Source of the DNA: Octopus vulgaris
Taxonomy: Eukaryota
Direction: 5' to 3'
DNA: 64,000 bases
Assembly (NCBI GenBank): GCA_951406725.2
Contig: OX597831.1
Coordinates: 80,104,001-80,168,000 of the forward strand
Positions 1-12,679 of the stretch are shown piece by piece (within the stretch, counting starts at the first letter, position 1; each line of letters begins with the position of its first letter). Made by a program: the position numbers and the translations under genes. The notes below the pieces were generated by a model. The model was not told the origin of the DNA. It saw nothing but the letters and a program-made list of their open reading frames with translations, and did no database searches.

Positions 1-179
1 TGCATGTGTGTCTGTAAGTGTGTGTGATTAAATGTGTGAATGTATGTACGTAGATGGGTCTACGTATGTGTGTGTGTGAACAGGCGTGTGGGAGGTAGGT
101 AGGTGGGTGGGAGGTAGGTGGGTGGGTGTGTGTGGGTGGTGTGTCCGGAAAAAAAAAAAAAAAAAAAAAAAAACCGGTC

Positions 180-3028
180 TCAAGAGGAGGGGGCTGTGTT
201 AAGTCCGTGTGGGGTGGTAGTTTGTAGGGTGAAGATGTAGCGTTGCTCCAAGTGGAGCCTGGAAAGTGGGCGACCATTGTGGGGGGCGAGACCAAACACT
301 GAGATGTCATCTCGGGAATGGCCGGCCGAGCGGAAGTGGCGTGCGACGGGAGAAAAAGAGTGTAGGCGAACGTCCCTCAAGTGTTCAGTGAAACGGTCGG
401 ACAACCGGCGTCCCGTCTGACCTACATACAGCATCCCGCATAGGTTGCATTTAATGCAGTAAATAAGGCCAGACGAGGTGCACGTAAAAGAGTGCCTAAT
501 GCGTACAGTATGCAGGTTGGAGCCGGTGACAGCGGTGGTGTTGGTGATGAAGGGGCAAGTGTTGCAGCGGGATCTAGAGCAAGGGAATGATCCGTGTGGG
601 GCTGAGGGGGAAGGGGAGAGGGTGCTGTGGACCAGGAGGTCACGCAGATTGCGGGCTCGTTTGAAAGAGGACAGGGGTGGGTTAGGGAAAATGGGGCGGG
701 TGGTGGGATCAAGCTGGAGGCGACGGAAGGCACGTAGTATCTTGCGACGAAGGGGTAGGGTAGAGGGGTGGAAAAGGAGGGGGAAGGGGTGCGGTTGGGG
801 GGTGGGCGGGGGGAAGGAGACAAGGCGGTAGTGCGGTCGATGCGACGGGCGCGGGTGAGGGCATCAGAGAGGAGTGTGGGTGGGTAACCTCGGAGTCTGA
901 ACATGCGGGCCAGGTATTGAGATTGGGTCTCGAAATCCTGGTCGCGGCTGCACAAACGTCGGAGGCGGAGGAACTGGGAGTAGGGGATGGCTCGTTTGGT
1001 GTGGAAGGGGTGGGAGGAAGAGAAGTTGAGATAGAGGTGGGAATCCGTAGGTTTAAAGAAGGCGGTGGTGGTGAGAGAGCTGGAGGGGTGATCGATGCGG
1101 AGAGAGATGTCAAGGAAGTTGACAGAGGTGTTGGAGATGGTGGAGGTAAATTGAAGAGAGGGGTGAAAGTTGGAAAGGAAAGAGATGAATTGGCCGAGAA
1201 GTTCCCGGGAAAGGGAGGTGGCACCTACACAGTCGTCGATATAGCGACCGTATAGTTCGGGGGTCGGCCCAGAGAACTGGGAGAACACTTGGGCCTCAAT
1301 GTAGCCAAGAAAGAGATTGGCGAAATTGGGGCCCATCCTAGTTCCCATCGCGACCCCGGACACCTGTTGGTACGTTTCCCCGGCGAACGTGAAGCAATTG
1401 AGGGTGAGGACGAGCTCAGCCAAACGGAGAAGGGTGGGGGTGCTGGGGGTGGGGTCGGGACGACGGTCGAGGAAGTGTTGGAGGGCTAGGAGACCGTCAT
1501 TGTGGGGAATCACTGTGTACAGGGATTTTACATCTAAGGTGAAGAGGAGGTGTGAGGGGCTGGAAGGGAAGGAAAAGGAATTGAAGAGACGGAGGGCGTG
1601 GTTGGTGTCGTGTATGTGGGATGGGAGGGCTGCGACTAAGGGGGACAGGATGCGGTCGAGGTATAGGGAGATGAGTTCAGTGGGGCAATTACAGGCAGAG
1701 ACTATGGGACGGCCAGGGTTAGAGGGTTTATGGATCTTGGGAAGGAAGTAGATGGTGGAGGTGCGGGGTGTGCGGACGATGAGGTTGGTGGCGGTGAGGG
1801 GGAGAGCGGAGGAGGAGATGAGGTCGTGGATGGTGGAGGACACTCGCTGTTGGTAGGAGGAGGTGGGATCGGAGGGGAGGAGGCGATAGAAGAGGGGATT
1901 TTGAAGCTGGTTGAGCGCTTCCTCCCTGTATAGGTCCGCGCGCCACACTACCACCGCCCCGCCTTTGTCCGCCGGTTTGATGACAATGTCATCACGACGG
2001 CGGAGGTGGCGAAGGGCGATGGATTCGGCCCGAGTGAGGTTGGCTCGGCGGGGTCTTGGTTCAAAGTTGAAACGGTGGACCAAAGCGTTGCAGTCATGTA
2101 CAAACGAATCTAGGCTACTGAAAAGGCCTGGGGGCGGCGTCCAGATGGATGGACGACGCCCCAGCTCCAAAAGGCAATCCTGATTGTTGTGACGCTGCGG
2201 GGACGCGTGGTAGTATGCGCAAAGTTTGAGGCGGCGCAGGAACAGGTTGACGTCCGCCCGAGTCTCGAACTCATCACAGTGGCGCGTGAGTGGCGTGAAG
2301 CGGAGACCCTTACTGAGGAGGGAGCGCTCAGCGGCGGAGAGGGGGAGGTTGGGGGGTATAGTGACAACAGCGCGAGGAAGCGGGGTGGTGGGAGGACTAG
2401 GGGCAGGCGGAGGTGGTGCAGGGGTGTGAAGGGGAGGGTAGGGGTGGTTGGGTGAAGATGGGTTAGGCGTAGGAAGGTCACGGTGGGGGGTGGGGGTCCG
2501 TGGAAGGGTGGGGTAGGTGCGGAGGAGGGGGGGAACAGTGGGGGAGGATGGGGAAGGGGGTGAGGGGTTGAGGAGGAGGTGGAGTTTTTTGTTTTTTGTG
2601 TGTGTGAGGTAGTTGTAGAGTAGGTGGTTGAGATGAAGAATGAAGCGGAGGATAGGTTGGGTGAAGAGTGGAGGGCAGAGGGCGGAGAGAAGAAGGTAGG
2701 CCTGGGGAAGTTGATGGTCGAGGGAGTCAAGGAGGGGGCGGGTGGAGCGGATGGTGGCGCGGAGGAGGGAGCGGGAGGTACGAGCGAGGGTGGGTTCGAT
2801 GAAGGGGGAGGAATAGGGGGTAGCGTGGAACTTCAAGAGGAAACCGCGGGGTGTGACATGATGGCGGAGACACCGGCTAAGAAAGGAAATATGACTGGAA
2901 TGGCGGGTTTTCTTAAAAAGCAAGCGGGAAAGTTTTATAGCAGGTGCGGAACATTGTGGGGGGAAGAACGCGAGGTAGCGGCTGAGGAGGGATTGAAGGT
3001 GTTGGACGAACGAGTGCAAGTCAGGCAT
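180..3028 (-). CDS. Penelope-like element (Neptune-type) polyprotein: reverse transcriptase + Cys-rich linker + GIY-YIG endonuclease; one 1-nt frameshift at ~786-789
   Basis: ORF 422..3139 has PLE RT motifs: IKPADKGGAVVV, YFLPKIHK..PGRPIVS, LFTLDVKSLYT, GVAMGTRMGPNFANLF, YGRYIDD, FLDI, KPTDSHLYL..SSHP. Shifting frame at the G4 run 786-789 continues PFPLLFHP..LQLDP..IFPNPPLSSFKRARNLRDLLVHS..CSRSRCNTC..FTCTSSGLIYCIKCNLCGMLYVGQTGRRLSDRFTEH..LEQRYI..GLN, which joins ORF 180..434 (GIY-YIG). The likely start is ATG at 3028 (MPDLHSF), giving ~949 aa if repaired. Confidence 0.93.
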
Positions 3029-3442
3029 GATGAGAAGTGGTGGCAAACAGTTAAAGGTGGGAGGTGGCGAAACAGGAAAAAGGAGAGACAACAGGAAAAC
3101 AACAAAAGAAGAAAAAGGGTGAAGACGGTTTGAAAACAATAGAACAAAGTTGAAAAAAGTCAGGAAAGAGATTTGAGAGTCAACGGACAGATTAGGTAAT
3201 GATTTTCAATCACGGTAATGGCGGTACTCCGGAAGAAGGTTGCGGGTGATCCGTAGGTCAGGATGAATGGTAACAATAATCCGTAGGTGCAAAAAATCCG
3301 GGAATTGAGTATCCAAGGTACAAGGGGTCCGTGTAGGCGCGCAGTGGTATAATTTTAATCCAAACGGGAAACAAAAAAACAACAACAAGGGAACAATTAC
3401 AGTATTATTATTAATAGGCGCTCAGGAAATGGAAGCAGGGAG

Positions 3443-3480
3443 GTATGACGTTTCGAGCGGAGCTCTTCGTCGGAAACATA
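3443..3480 (-). ncRNA. Minimal type I hammerhead ribozyme motif in PLE pseudo-LTR (family A)
   Basis: Minus strand: ttt CCGACGA A GAGC tcc GCTC GAAAC GTC atac. It has a 4-bp helix II and a palindromic ACGT helix III as in PLE minimal HHRs; core U4>C variant. Confidence 0.7.
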
Positions 3481-3492
3481 AAGAAGGAAGAG

Positions 3493-3623
<131 letters not shown>

Positions 3624-3840
3624 ACATAGTTAATCCAAACATGAAGACAGAAAGAGAAAACACAACAACGCGAGGACGTGGAACAAGCATAGTGTTATTG
3701 GACGCTCAGGAAATGAAAGAAAGAAGGAGGATTTAACGTTTCGAGCGGAGCTCTTCGTCAGAAACATAGGAAAAGGAAAGATCTAAGGAAGGGAAAACGG
3801 AGGGAAAAAATCGCCAACGGTACACACGCGGTCACACACA
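3624..3840 (-). mobile_element. Solo pseudo-LTR-like element with minimal HHR at 3731-3765 (family B)
   Basis: gttt CTGACGA A GAGC tcc GCTC GAAAC GTT aaat. The segment closely matches 49150-49335 and is bounded by (TA)n and (CA)n. Confidence 0.75.
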
Positions 3841-3854
3841 GACACACAGACACA

Positions 3855-3938
<84 letters not shown>

Positions 3939-4254
3939 TCCCACGGACAGGATTTGGCATTTTCTATCCACACAATTTTTCAACCCAATATTGGCATATT
4001 ATTATTTTTAGCCTTATGTGCTTCGAGATCTAAAAAAAAAAGAACTATTTCACGTTCTCTCAAAAATTTATAAATTTTCATGGCGCCAGTAATATAGTAG
4101 GGGAATTGATGTTCAGACTGAATATAAAAAAACTGCATCGAAAGCCATTGACGAAAAAAAGATGAGATCCAATGATTATCTGGTAAATGGACAGGGATAG
4201 GATTACATTAGATTAGTGGAATCTCATGGTATATAACAAAAAAAAAAACTGGCG

Positions 4255-4535
4255 CTCTGTCTGTTTCGATGACGAGTACTCTAGTTGATCCGATCAACGG
4301 AACAGTCTACTCATTCAACTAACATGCAAATGGCTGAGTACTCCACAGACACGCATACCCTTAACGTAGTTCTCGGGGGATTCAGTGTGATACAGAATGT
4401 GACAATTGCGTTGGCTGGAGCAACATGAAATAAAGTGTCTTGCTCAAGGACACAACGCCGAGGCCAGGGATCGAACTCACGGTATCATAATCGTATGGCC
4501 GAATACCTCTAACCACTTGGCCACGAGCCTTTACT
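4255..4535 (-). mobile_element. tRNA-derived SINE (degenerate)
   Basis: Minus-strand head with A/B-box-like gtggccaagtggttagag..gagttcgatccc. The tail (gatccgatcaacggaacag, ctccacagacacg) is shared with 5431-5745, 29195-29566 and 58418-58792. Confidence 0.7.
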
Positions 4536-4795
4536 CATGGTTAATACAATGGAGGCAAAATAGGTCTGCTGTATACCCCATCACTGTCCCGGGTCGCAAC
4601 CTTGACCTCAAGAATGAGAAGATAAGCGGAAGTAAAGAGTGCAAAAATAAAATTAAGACAATTACGAGGTCTTTGAGAAATGAGGAAGTTACGAAAGAAA
4701 ATTGGTAGAGATCGCGAAAAGTAAAGAAGCCAGATGCTTCCCCGAGAAGACACTTCCAGTGACCTGTAAAACCAACAAAGACGCTTGGTTAACTT

Positions 4796-4796
<1 letters not shown>

Positions 4797-4872
<76 letters not shown>
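4797..4872. repeat. (GATA)n microsatellite
   Basis: Direct reading; another copy at 39922-39994. Confidence 0.97.
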
Positions 4873-4887
<15 letters not shown>

Positions 4888-5054
4888 CACACACTGTTTT
4901 TTTCTCTCTTTGTCTCTTCCTCATATGCTACGTTCTCTGTGTGTGGTTTTATGCACCAAATGCCTGTATGAGAGAATCATTCGATGCTAATATAGCAGTA
5001 TTCGGTGTTCTAACAAGACATCCACGTTAAGCTGTATATATTTATACATATATA

Positions 5055-5130
<76 letters not shown>

Positions 5131-5135
<5 letters not shown>

Positions 5136-5300
5136 AGATGTACCTGCATAGCAAGTAATTTGATCTGAGATCGTGTGCTGAAACGAAAACAATTGCAGCG
5201 TGGAAGGTGTTTATAAGCCATTTAAGAAACACAAAAGCCGTTCGATTCACTTCAACATTTAAGTTTAATTTTATATAAACACCTTCCACGCTGCAATTGT
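5131..5300 (-). mobile_element. Short dispersed repeat with terminal inversion, embedded in (TA)n
   Basis: Homologous to 14820-15000 and (reverse) 23300-23510. 5275-5300 is the reverse complement of 5190-5215. Confidence 0.7.
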
Positions 5301-5305
5301 ATATA

Positions 5306-5388
<83 letters not shown>

Positions 5389-5430
5389 TTGAAATATGAG
5401 AGAAAGAAAATGGACTTGTGTGTATGTATG

Positions 5431-5745
5431 AAGGCGCGTGGCTTAGTGGCTAGAGCATTCCGCTTGCAAAATACTCGTAGGTTCACAAGTTCAATTCCCG
5501 GTGGCGTGTTATGTCCTTGAGCAAGACACTTTATTTCACTTTGCTCCAGTTCACTCAGCTGGCAAAGATGAGTAGTACCTGTATTTCAAAAAGGGCCTGC
5601 CTTGTCACACTTTCTGTCACACTGATTCTCCCAGTGAACTACGTGACTGCGGAATGCTCAGCCACTTGCACGTTAAACTCACAAGCAAGCTGTTCCGCTG
5701 ACCAGATCAACTGGAACCTTCGTCGTCATAAGCGACGCAGTGCCA
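5431..5745 (+). mobile_element. tRNA-derived SINE with CORE-like segment
   Basis: ggcgcgtggcttagtggctagagc..agttcaattcc head, followed by gtccttgagcaagacactt and the shared tail. Confidence 0.75.
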
Positions 5746-5776
5746 TTGCCAGTATATAGGGTCTTGAAAAAAATCA

Positions 5777-6165
5777 GGAGTGGCTGTGTGGTAAGTAGCT
5801 TGCTTACCAACCACATGGTTTCGGGTTCAGTCCCACTGCGTGGCACATTGGGCAAGTGTCTCCTACTATTGCCTCAGGCCGACCATAGCCTTGTGAGTGG
5901 ATTTGGTAGACGGAAACTGAAAGAAGCCCGTCGTATATATGTATACATATATGTGTGTGCATATGTTTGTGTGTCTGTGTCCCCCCCCAACATCGCTTGA
6001 CAACCGATGCTGGTGTGTTTACGTCCCCGCAACTTAGCGGTTCGGCAAAAGAGACCGATAGAATAAGTACTAGGCTTAGAAAGAATAAGTCCTGGGTCGA
6101 TTTACTCGACTAAAGGTGGTGCTCCAGCATGGTCACAGACAAATGACTGAAATAAGTAAAAGAGA
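5777..6165 (+). mobile_element. tRNA-derived SINE plus companion repeat split by a (TA)/(TG) tract
   Basis: ggagtggctgtgtggtaag..gggttcagtcccactgcgtggcac..gggcaagtgtc..ggatttggtagacggaaactgaaagaagcccg. Further copies or fragments at 8220-8750, 11200-11360, 22460-22566, 22820-23010, 24715-24890, 25695-25830, 30950-31135, 31795-31950, 39250-39440, 39725-39888 and 40625-40790. Confidence 0.8.
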
Positions 6166-6755
6166 AAAGATAGATGTACTTTGTAGTATGCTGTTTAAAG
6201 CCTGTTCGCGGTATTCGGCTACCTGATGTCACCACTTGTATGGAGTTATATACGTTACTAGATTTACTAGAGGGATTCCTCTATGTCCGAAGTGTTTATA
6301 AAATGTGAGAGCAAGAGAAAGCACCAGTGCACGATGGGTCGAAACGATCATAGTGAATAATAAAGAATCTCGTGTATTCCATTTTCTTTCTCTCATATTT
6401 CAAACACACACACACGTGTGTGTGTGTTGAGTGAAGAAGTAAGAGATAGACATATAAACAGCATCTTTCGGTTTAACATTCTCTTCACTCTCTGCTTTTT
6501 CGTCATAATTTTCCAACCATTTTTCAAATTTTCCATCTTTCTCCGTTATTGGGGTGGTGTCTGGTGGGATCGTGTGCGTAGTGGGGGAGGGTTAAGTACT
6601 TTATGAGATAAAACCCAATCAAACAAATTGCGGAAAACCTAAAAAAGAATTGATTTAACAACTTCCTTTGAGTATTCTTGCGTTTTCTAGTTTTCTATGA
6701 AGCTAGGTTACCTAAAAGTCTTCACTCAGAATTTTTACATACACACACACACACC

Positions 6756-6807
<52 letters not shown>

Positions 6808-6891
6808 AATATGCACACACACACATATATACATACATATATATATAATTTTATATACATATAAAATTATATATATGTGTATGTATGTGTG

Positions 6892-6944
<53 letters not shown>

Positions 6945-7034
6945 GTGTGCGTGCGTGTATATATTTTGATGGATGGATAGACATACGCATATATGTATAT
7001 GTATATATATAAAATTACATCTATATCTACATAG

Positions 7035-7080
<46 letters not shown>

Positions 7081-7105
7081 ATAATATAAATGTAATACAC
7101 ATATT

Positions 7106-7150
<45 letters not shown>

Positions 7151-9122
7151 ACATACATAGATACACAGGACAATAAATAAACGCCTAATGATGACGTATC
7201 ACATTGGTTTCTTTTCAACAATGTTTGTGCAAATATTCTTTAACTTTTGGGTTTTTTTTTCACACAGAAATTAAAATTAGTGAAAACAGAATTTCAAACT
7301 ATAAAATTACGCAAATTTTCCTGAAATTTACGGAAAATTAGAACTTACAAACATAGCTTGTTAAATAGAAACATTTAATATATGTAACAAATATATCCCG
7401 TTTTTACTGAATTTTTAGAGGGGGTTTTTTGTTTCTATTTCTCTTTTTAGTTTAAATGCGTTTATTAATTTAATTCACGAAAAAGATATTTTTTATTCAT
7501 CCAAAGATGTACAAAAAATATAACGCTTTGATCTTTAAAAAAAGATGAATGCTTTTTTTAATAAAATTTGAAGATTACACATTTTCTATTGGCAATTTAG
7601 TTATTAAAACATATAAAGAATTTTTTATTCTTTTAAGTTTGTTTCCCCTCGTAACTTATTTTATGCTACCTGTTAATTTAGTAAATTAGCCACGCGAAAT
7701 GAGGAGTTTTATTAACCAATCATTAAAAGAAAATGAACAGGAATAATAGTCACGGGAGAAATGTCACATTTTATTTAAATACCATAAATAATAGTTAAAT
7801 TAATTAAATAATGTTCTAATTATATAACGCTTATTAACTGACAGTGGGCGATTTATGAAATTCTTCCAGCATGTCATGATATATGTTCGAGTGTTACGCA
7901 TTTTAAACACGGAATACTTACGATTTGAAACGAAAGTTATTGAAACGAAAGTTATTGGACTGCGGCCATGCTGTGGCACCGTCTTGAGGGTGGGTTTAGT
8001 CGAACAAATTGCTTTCAGATCTTTTATTTATTTAGCCTGGTGCTTATTCTCTCGGTATTTTTTGCCCAACTACCAGGTTACAGTGACATAACCAAACCAA
8101 CGCCGATTGTCAAGCCGTGGAGGGGAGACTACAGACAATACACAGACGCATATATATATGTATGTGTGTGTATGTATAATATATATGTGGCGGTGGATGT
8201 ATATATGTATGTATGTATATCACTACGTGGCACCTTGGGCAAGTGTCTTTTACTATAGCTTCGGGCCCACCAAAGCCTTGTAAGTGGATTTGGTAGACGG
8301 AAAATGAAAGAAACCTATCATGTATACACACACACGTTTGTGTGTGTGTGTTTCTTTGTTCCTGCGTTTGTCCACCCTCCATCGCTTGACAACCGATGTT
8401 GGTGTGTTTACGTCCCCGTAATTTAGCGGTTCCGCAAAAGTGATCGACAGAATAAGTACTAGGCTTACAAATATTAAGTCCTGGAGTCGATTTCTTAGGC
8501 TAAAAAGCCCTTCAAGGCGGTGTTCCAGCATAAACGCAGTTAAATGGCTGAAACAAGTAAAAGAATATATATATACATGTTCACGAGGGACTTCTACGCA
8601 GTTGCCGTCTACCAAATTCATTCACAAGACATTGGTCGATTGCAGTCCATTGCAGAAATTACTTAACCAAGATGCCGCGCAGTGAGTGGGAACTGAACCC
8701 GAAACTGTATGGCTACCAAGAGAGCTCCTTAACCACACAGCCATGCCTGTGGCTAATTGAAATCGTTAACAAGTGCGCGGAGTATTCCGCTTTAAACAAG
8801 CTTAACTATGGAATGAAAAAGGGAAACGTAAATGAAATTGTTTAACACAATGAAAGAATGATATAAAACTCTATAAAATTCTGTAATAAAACATTTAATA
8901 GAACATGCGATTTTCATGTGTTACGTTCGTGTGTTTAATGGCGATTCTCGTAGATGAAAAAAGAATCAGGTTTTATTCCGTGTTGAAAATAATAATCGTA
9001 AAAATAATAGCTGTGAAAGAAAAAAGTACATCAAGTCGTTTATTTACTGAAGTTTTCCTTTGAATTTCTCAATGAATTCATATATAGATATAGATATATA
9101 TAATATATATATGTATATGTAT

Positions 9123-9149
<27 letters not shown>

Positions 9150-9155
<6 letters not shown>

Positions 9156-9198
9156 CACATATATATTTATATATATTGATGTTTTATGTATAAATTCA

Positions 9199-9244
<46 letters not shown>

Positions 9245-9365
9245 CATATTTATATATATTGATGTTTTATGTATAAATTCATATCCATATATATATATAT
9301 ATATATATACACATACATATTTATATATATTGATGTTTTATGTATAAATTCATATTCATATATAT
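9150..9365. repeat. TA-embedded minisatellite, 3 copies
   Basis: atatttatatatattgatgttttatgtataaattcatat repeated three times, separated by TA runs. Confidence 0.85.
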
Positions 9366-9461
9366 ATATATATACAAACATACATATATACACACATATA
9401 CATATTTACATATTCATATATATATATTATCTATCTATCTCTATATATTATATGTGTGTAT

Positions 9462-9497
<36 letters not shown>

Positions 9498-9916
9498 TTA
9501 TATGTAACCTTTGACTTCTTATCTGAGACTTGTTTCTCTGTGTTTTTTGTGGATGCGTTCAGGAAAAAAATGGTGGAAAGACCATACATTTTTAACGGTC
9601 TGATTAAAAACTTTGTGTTCAATTAGCAGGGTCATCAACGTATCAGGCAGAATCTTTTGTGACATTTCGTTAAATTCTCTGCGTTCGGTTTTCAAATCTC
9701 GCTCCGGTCGAGACTACTTCTTAGTTTTTCACTACCATTTAAGTAATGGAGTTTATTTCTCCTCTTCCGCTTTGTTGATATGAGAGGAGAGAAAATTAAA
9801 ATCTTACACAACTTTTCGTAATCTAAGCAGATAAAACAATTTAATTATTTGAAGGCGATTCATATTTTTTTTAAATAATTTGTTTCTGCTGCGTTTTTCA
9901 GACTCTTTTTTTTTTA

Positions 9917-9919
<3 letters not shown>

Positions 9920-9963
<44 letters not shown>

Positions 9964-10290
9964 TCACAGCCTGGAATCGAACTCGGAATCTTTGGAGCTA
10001 GTAACTCGTGCTCTTAACCACAACGCTATAGGCCCGTGGACTTATGGCGTTGTGGTTACCGTTTCGGTTGATGTAATCTCCAGCCTTCATCATGTGTCTT
10101 GGGGAAATTTCGAACCAAGGTTCTCATTCTTAGGGTACTTTTATTATTATTGTGATTATTACTTATTTTTATTATTATTATTACTATTATTTTTATTATT
10201 ATTATTATTATTATTAGGAATGCTACTGCCTTGAATCGAACTCGGAATCTTGAGGTTAGTAGCCCGCGCTCTTAACCACTACGCCATTTG
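9920..10290 (-). mobile_element. Tandem ~259-bp unit: tRNA-like head + (AAT)n + body with degenerate hammerhead-like motif
   Basis: Two heads (atggcgtagtggttaagagcgcgggc..ccgagttcgattc) at 10228-10290 and 9968-10030. Between them the minus strand reads acac ATGATGA A GGCTGG agattaca TCAACC GAAAC G GTA (10056-10097). Confidence 0.6.
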
Positions 10291-10465
10291 TTTAAAATGT
10301 CTTCCGTTACATTTTTGTTCTTGTTTTTTTTTTTATATATATTCAAATCGAAATTTGAACACAAACTGAAATAACCGTTTGGCGAAACTCAGTCCAAACT
10401 AATTTCATATTAAACTCGATCCGTTTGTTTTCAGTTACTCATCACCACCACCACTACCAACAATA

Positions 10466-10860
10466 TCCTTTTCTACTCTAGGCACAAGGCCCGAAATTTT
10501 GGAGGAGGGGGCCAGTCGATTAGATCGACCGCAGTGCACAACTGGTACTTAATTTATCGACCCCGAAAGGATGAAAGGCAAAATCGACCTCGGCGGAATT
10601 TGAACTCAGAACGTAGCGGCAGACGAAATACCTATTTCTTTACTACCCACAAGGTATATATAAGAGAGGACAAACAAGGACAGACAAACGGATTAAGTCG
10701 ATTACATCGTCCCCAGTGCGTAACTGGTACTTATTTAGTCGACCCCGAAAGGATGAAAAGCAAAGTCGATCTCAGCGGAATTTGAACTCAGAACGTAACG
10801 ACAGACGAAATACCGCTTAGCATTTCGCCCGGCGTGCTAACGATTCTGCCAGCTCGCTAC
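10466..10860 (-). mobile_element. tRNA-like SINE with Meta-domain-like core, dimeric
   Basis: Reverse complement of ggcgagctggcagaatcgttagcacgccgggcgaaatgc..gagttcaaattccgccgaggtcgactttgcctttcatcctttcggggtcgataaattaagtaccag. This is the most abundant repeat in the window. Confidence 0.8.
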
Positions 10861-10978
10861 ATTGGAATAAAAGCTTATCGACAGAGAAAAACAAGGACCC
10901 CAATAACTGACTGGTACTTAACCCTTTTGAAAGATTAAGAAGCTGACTTGAACATGGATTGCTGATATTGGTGAGAGT

Positions 10979-11140
10979 GAAGGCGGCGAGCTGGCTAAAC
11001 CGTTAGTATGCTGGGTGAAATGCGTAGCCGTATTTCGCCTGCCGTTACGTTCTGAGTTCAAATTCCGCCGAGGTCCACTTTGCCTTTCATCCTTTCGGGG
11101 TCGATAAACTAAGTACCAGACTGGCCCCCTCCCCCAAAAC
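10979..11140 (+). mobile_element. Same SINE family, monomer
   Basis: gaaggcggcgagctggc..gagttcaaattccgccgaggtc..cctttcatcctttcggggtcgata; decayed copies continue through 11500-12080 and 12940-13085. Confidence 0.8.
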
Positions 11141-11141
11141 C

Positions 11142-11183
<42 letters not shown>

Positions 11184-12281
11184 TATATGTATGTATAAGA
11201 CAGACTTCTTTCAGTTTCCTACTACCAAATCCACTCACAAGGCTTTGGTCGTCCCGAGGCTATAGTAGAAGACACTTGCTCAAGGTGCCATGCAGTGGGA
11301 CTGAACCGGGAACCATGTGGTTGGGAAGCAAACATCTTACCACACCCCCGCTCCTGCACCTTTGAAAGGGAAGAAAATTAAAATATTACTCAACCTTTAT
11401 TAATGGAGGCAGAAAAGCGTCTTTAAATGCTTCGTTATTTTTACAAAATTCTGGTAAAAGAATTTCTGCTGTGGAAATAAAGCCAGTAATTTTTAGCATC
11501 GTGGGGCCCAGGTCTTATACTAGTTCTGTATTTAGTACTCTGAAAGAGTGAAAGGATGAAATCCCGGCGGGATTTGAACTCAGAATGTTGAGAGTCGGAA
11601 TAATTACTTCAAAGTTTCTTTGTTTTTTGTTTTTTTCCTCGCCGTTTGAACTAATCTGCCATCTTGCCACCCTAATAAATTCCTTCCTATTGTATAATCA
11701 GGCACAAATCCCGAAATCTTGGGGAATGGGAAAGTTAATTACATCGACCCTAATACGCAGTTGGTACTTCATTTATTAAAGGCAAAATCGACTTAGGCGA
11801 AATTTGAAATCAGGACATTCAAAGCCGGAAGAAATGCTATTATTTGTTTTGTCCGACGTATTAACGATCCTGCCAACACGCATCCTTAATCCACAAGGCC
11901 AGAAATTTTGAAGGAGGGGCTAAGTCGATTACACCGACCCCATTACTCAGCTGGCACTTATTTCATCCACCCTGAAATGATGAAAGGCAAAATCCACTTC
12001 AACGGCATTTGGAGCTCAGAATGTGCGGACGAACGAAATGTTGCTAAGCATTTCGTCCGGCGTGCTGACGATTCTGCTAGTTCGTAGCCTTAAGGAGCGC
12101 TCCGCCAATGGCTCCACCACCACAATCAACATCACCACCATAACCATCACTATCAACGTCACACCGAAACTAACGAAACAGCACCACCGACATTCCACTA
12201 CCACTACTATCCAGAATTTAGCGCGCACACGCGCACACGCACACACACACGCACATATATATGTATGTATATGTATGTATG

Positions 12282-12328
<47 letters not shown>

Positions 12329-12514
12329 ATATGTATATATATATGTATATATATATATATATATGTTTGTATATATATATGTATGTATATATATATATAT
12401 ATGTTTGTATATATATATGTATGTATATATATATATATGTTTGTATATATGTATGTTTGTATATATATATGTATGTATTATATATATATATATATATGTT
12501 TGTATATATGTATG

Positions 12515-12545
<31 letters not shown>

Positions 12546-12622
12546 GTCTGTATATATATATGTATGTATGTATGTATATATATATATATGTATGTATGTA
12601 TATATCTATATATATGTATGTA

Positions 12623-12679
<57 letters not shown>

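Noticed and set aside
180-182. TGA as selenocysteine (Naiad-type selenoprotein PLE)
   Set aside because: The TGA follows the terminal GLN motif of the GIY-YIG domain. There is no in-frame TGA at Cys positions and no SECIS-like hairpin was seen.
422-790. C-terminal ~120 aa of the 905-aa ORF as listed in the track
   Set aside because: It is out-of-frame read-through after the frameshift; the conserved PLE sequence is in the frame of ORF 180..434.
478-3133. Plus-strand and alternate-frame ORFs overlapping the PLE
   Set aside because: Shadow ORFs of a GC-rich, strand-skewed coding sequence, with no recognisable motifs.
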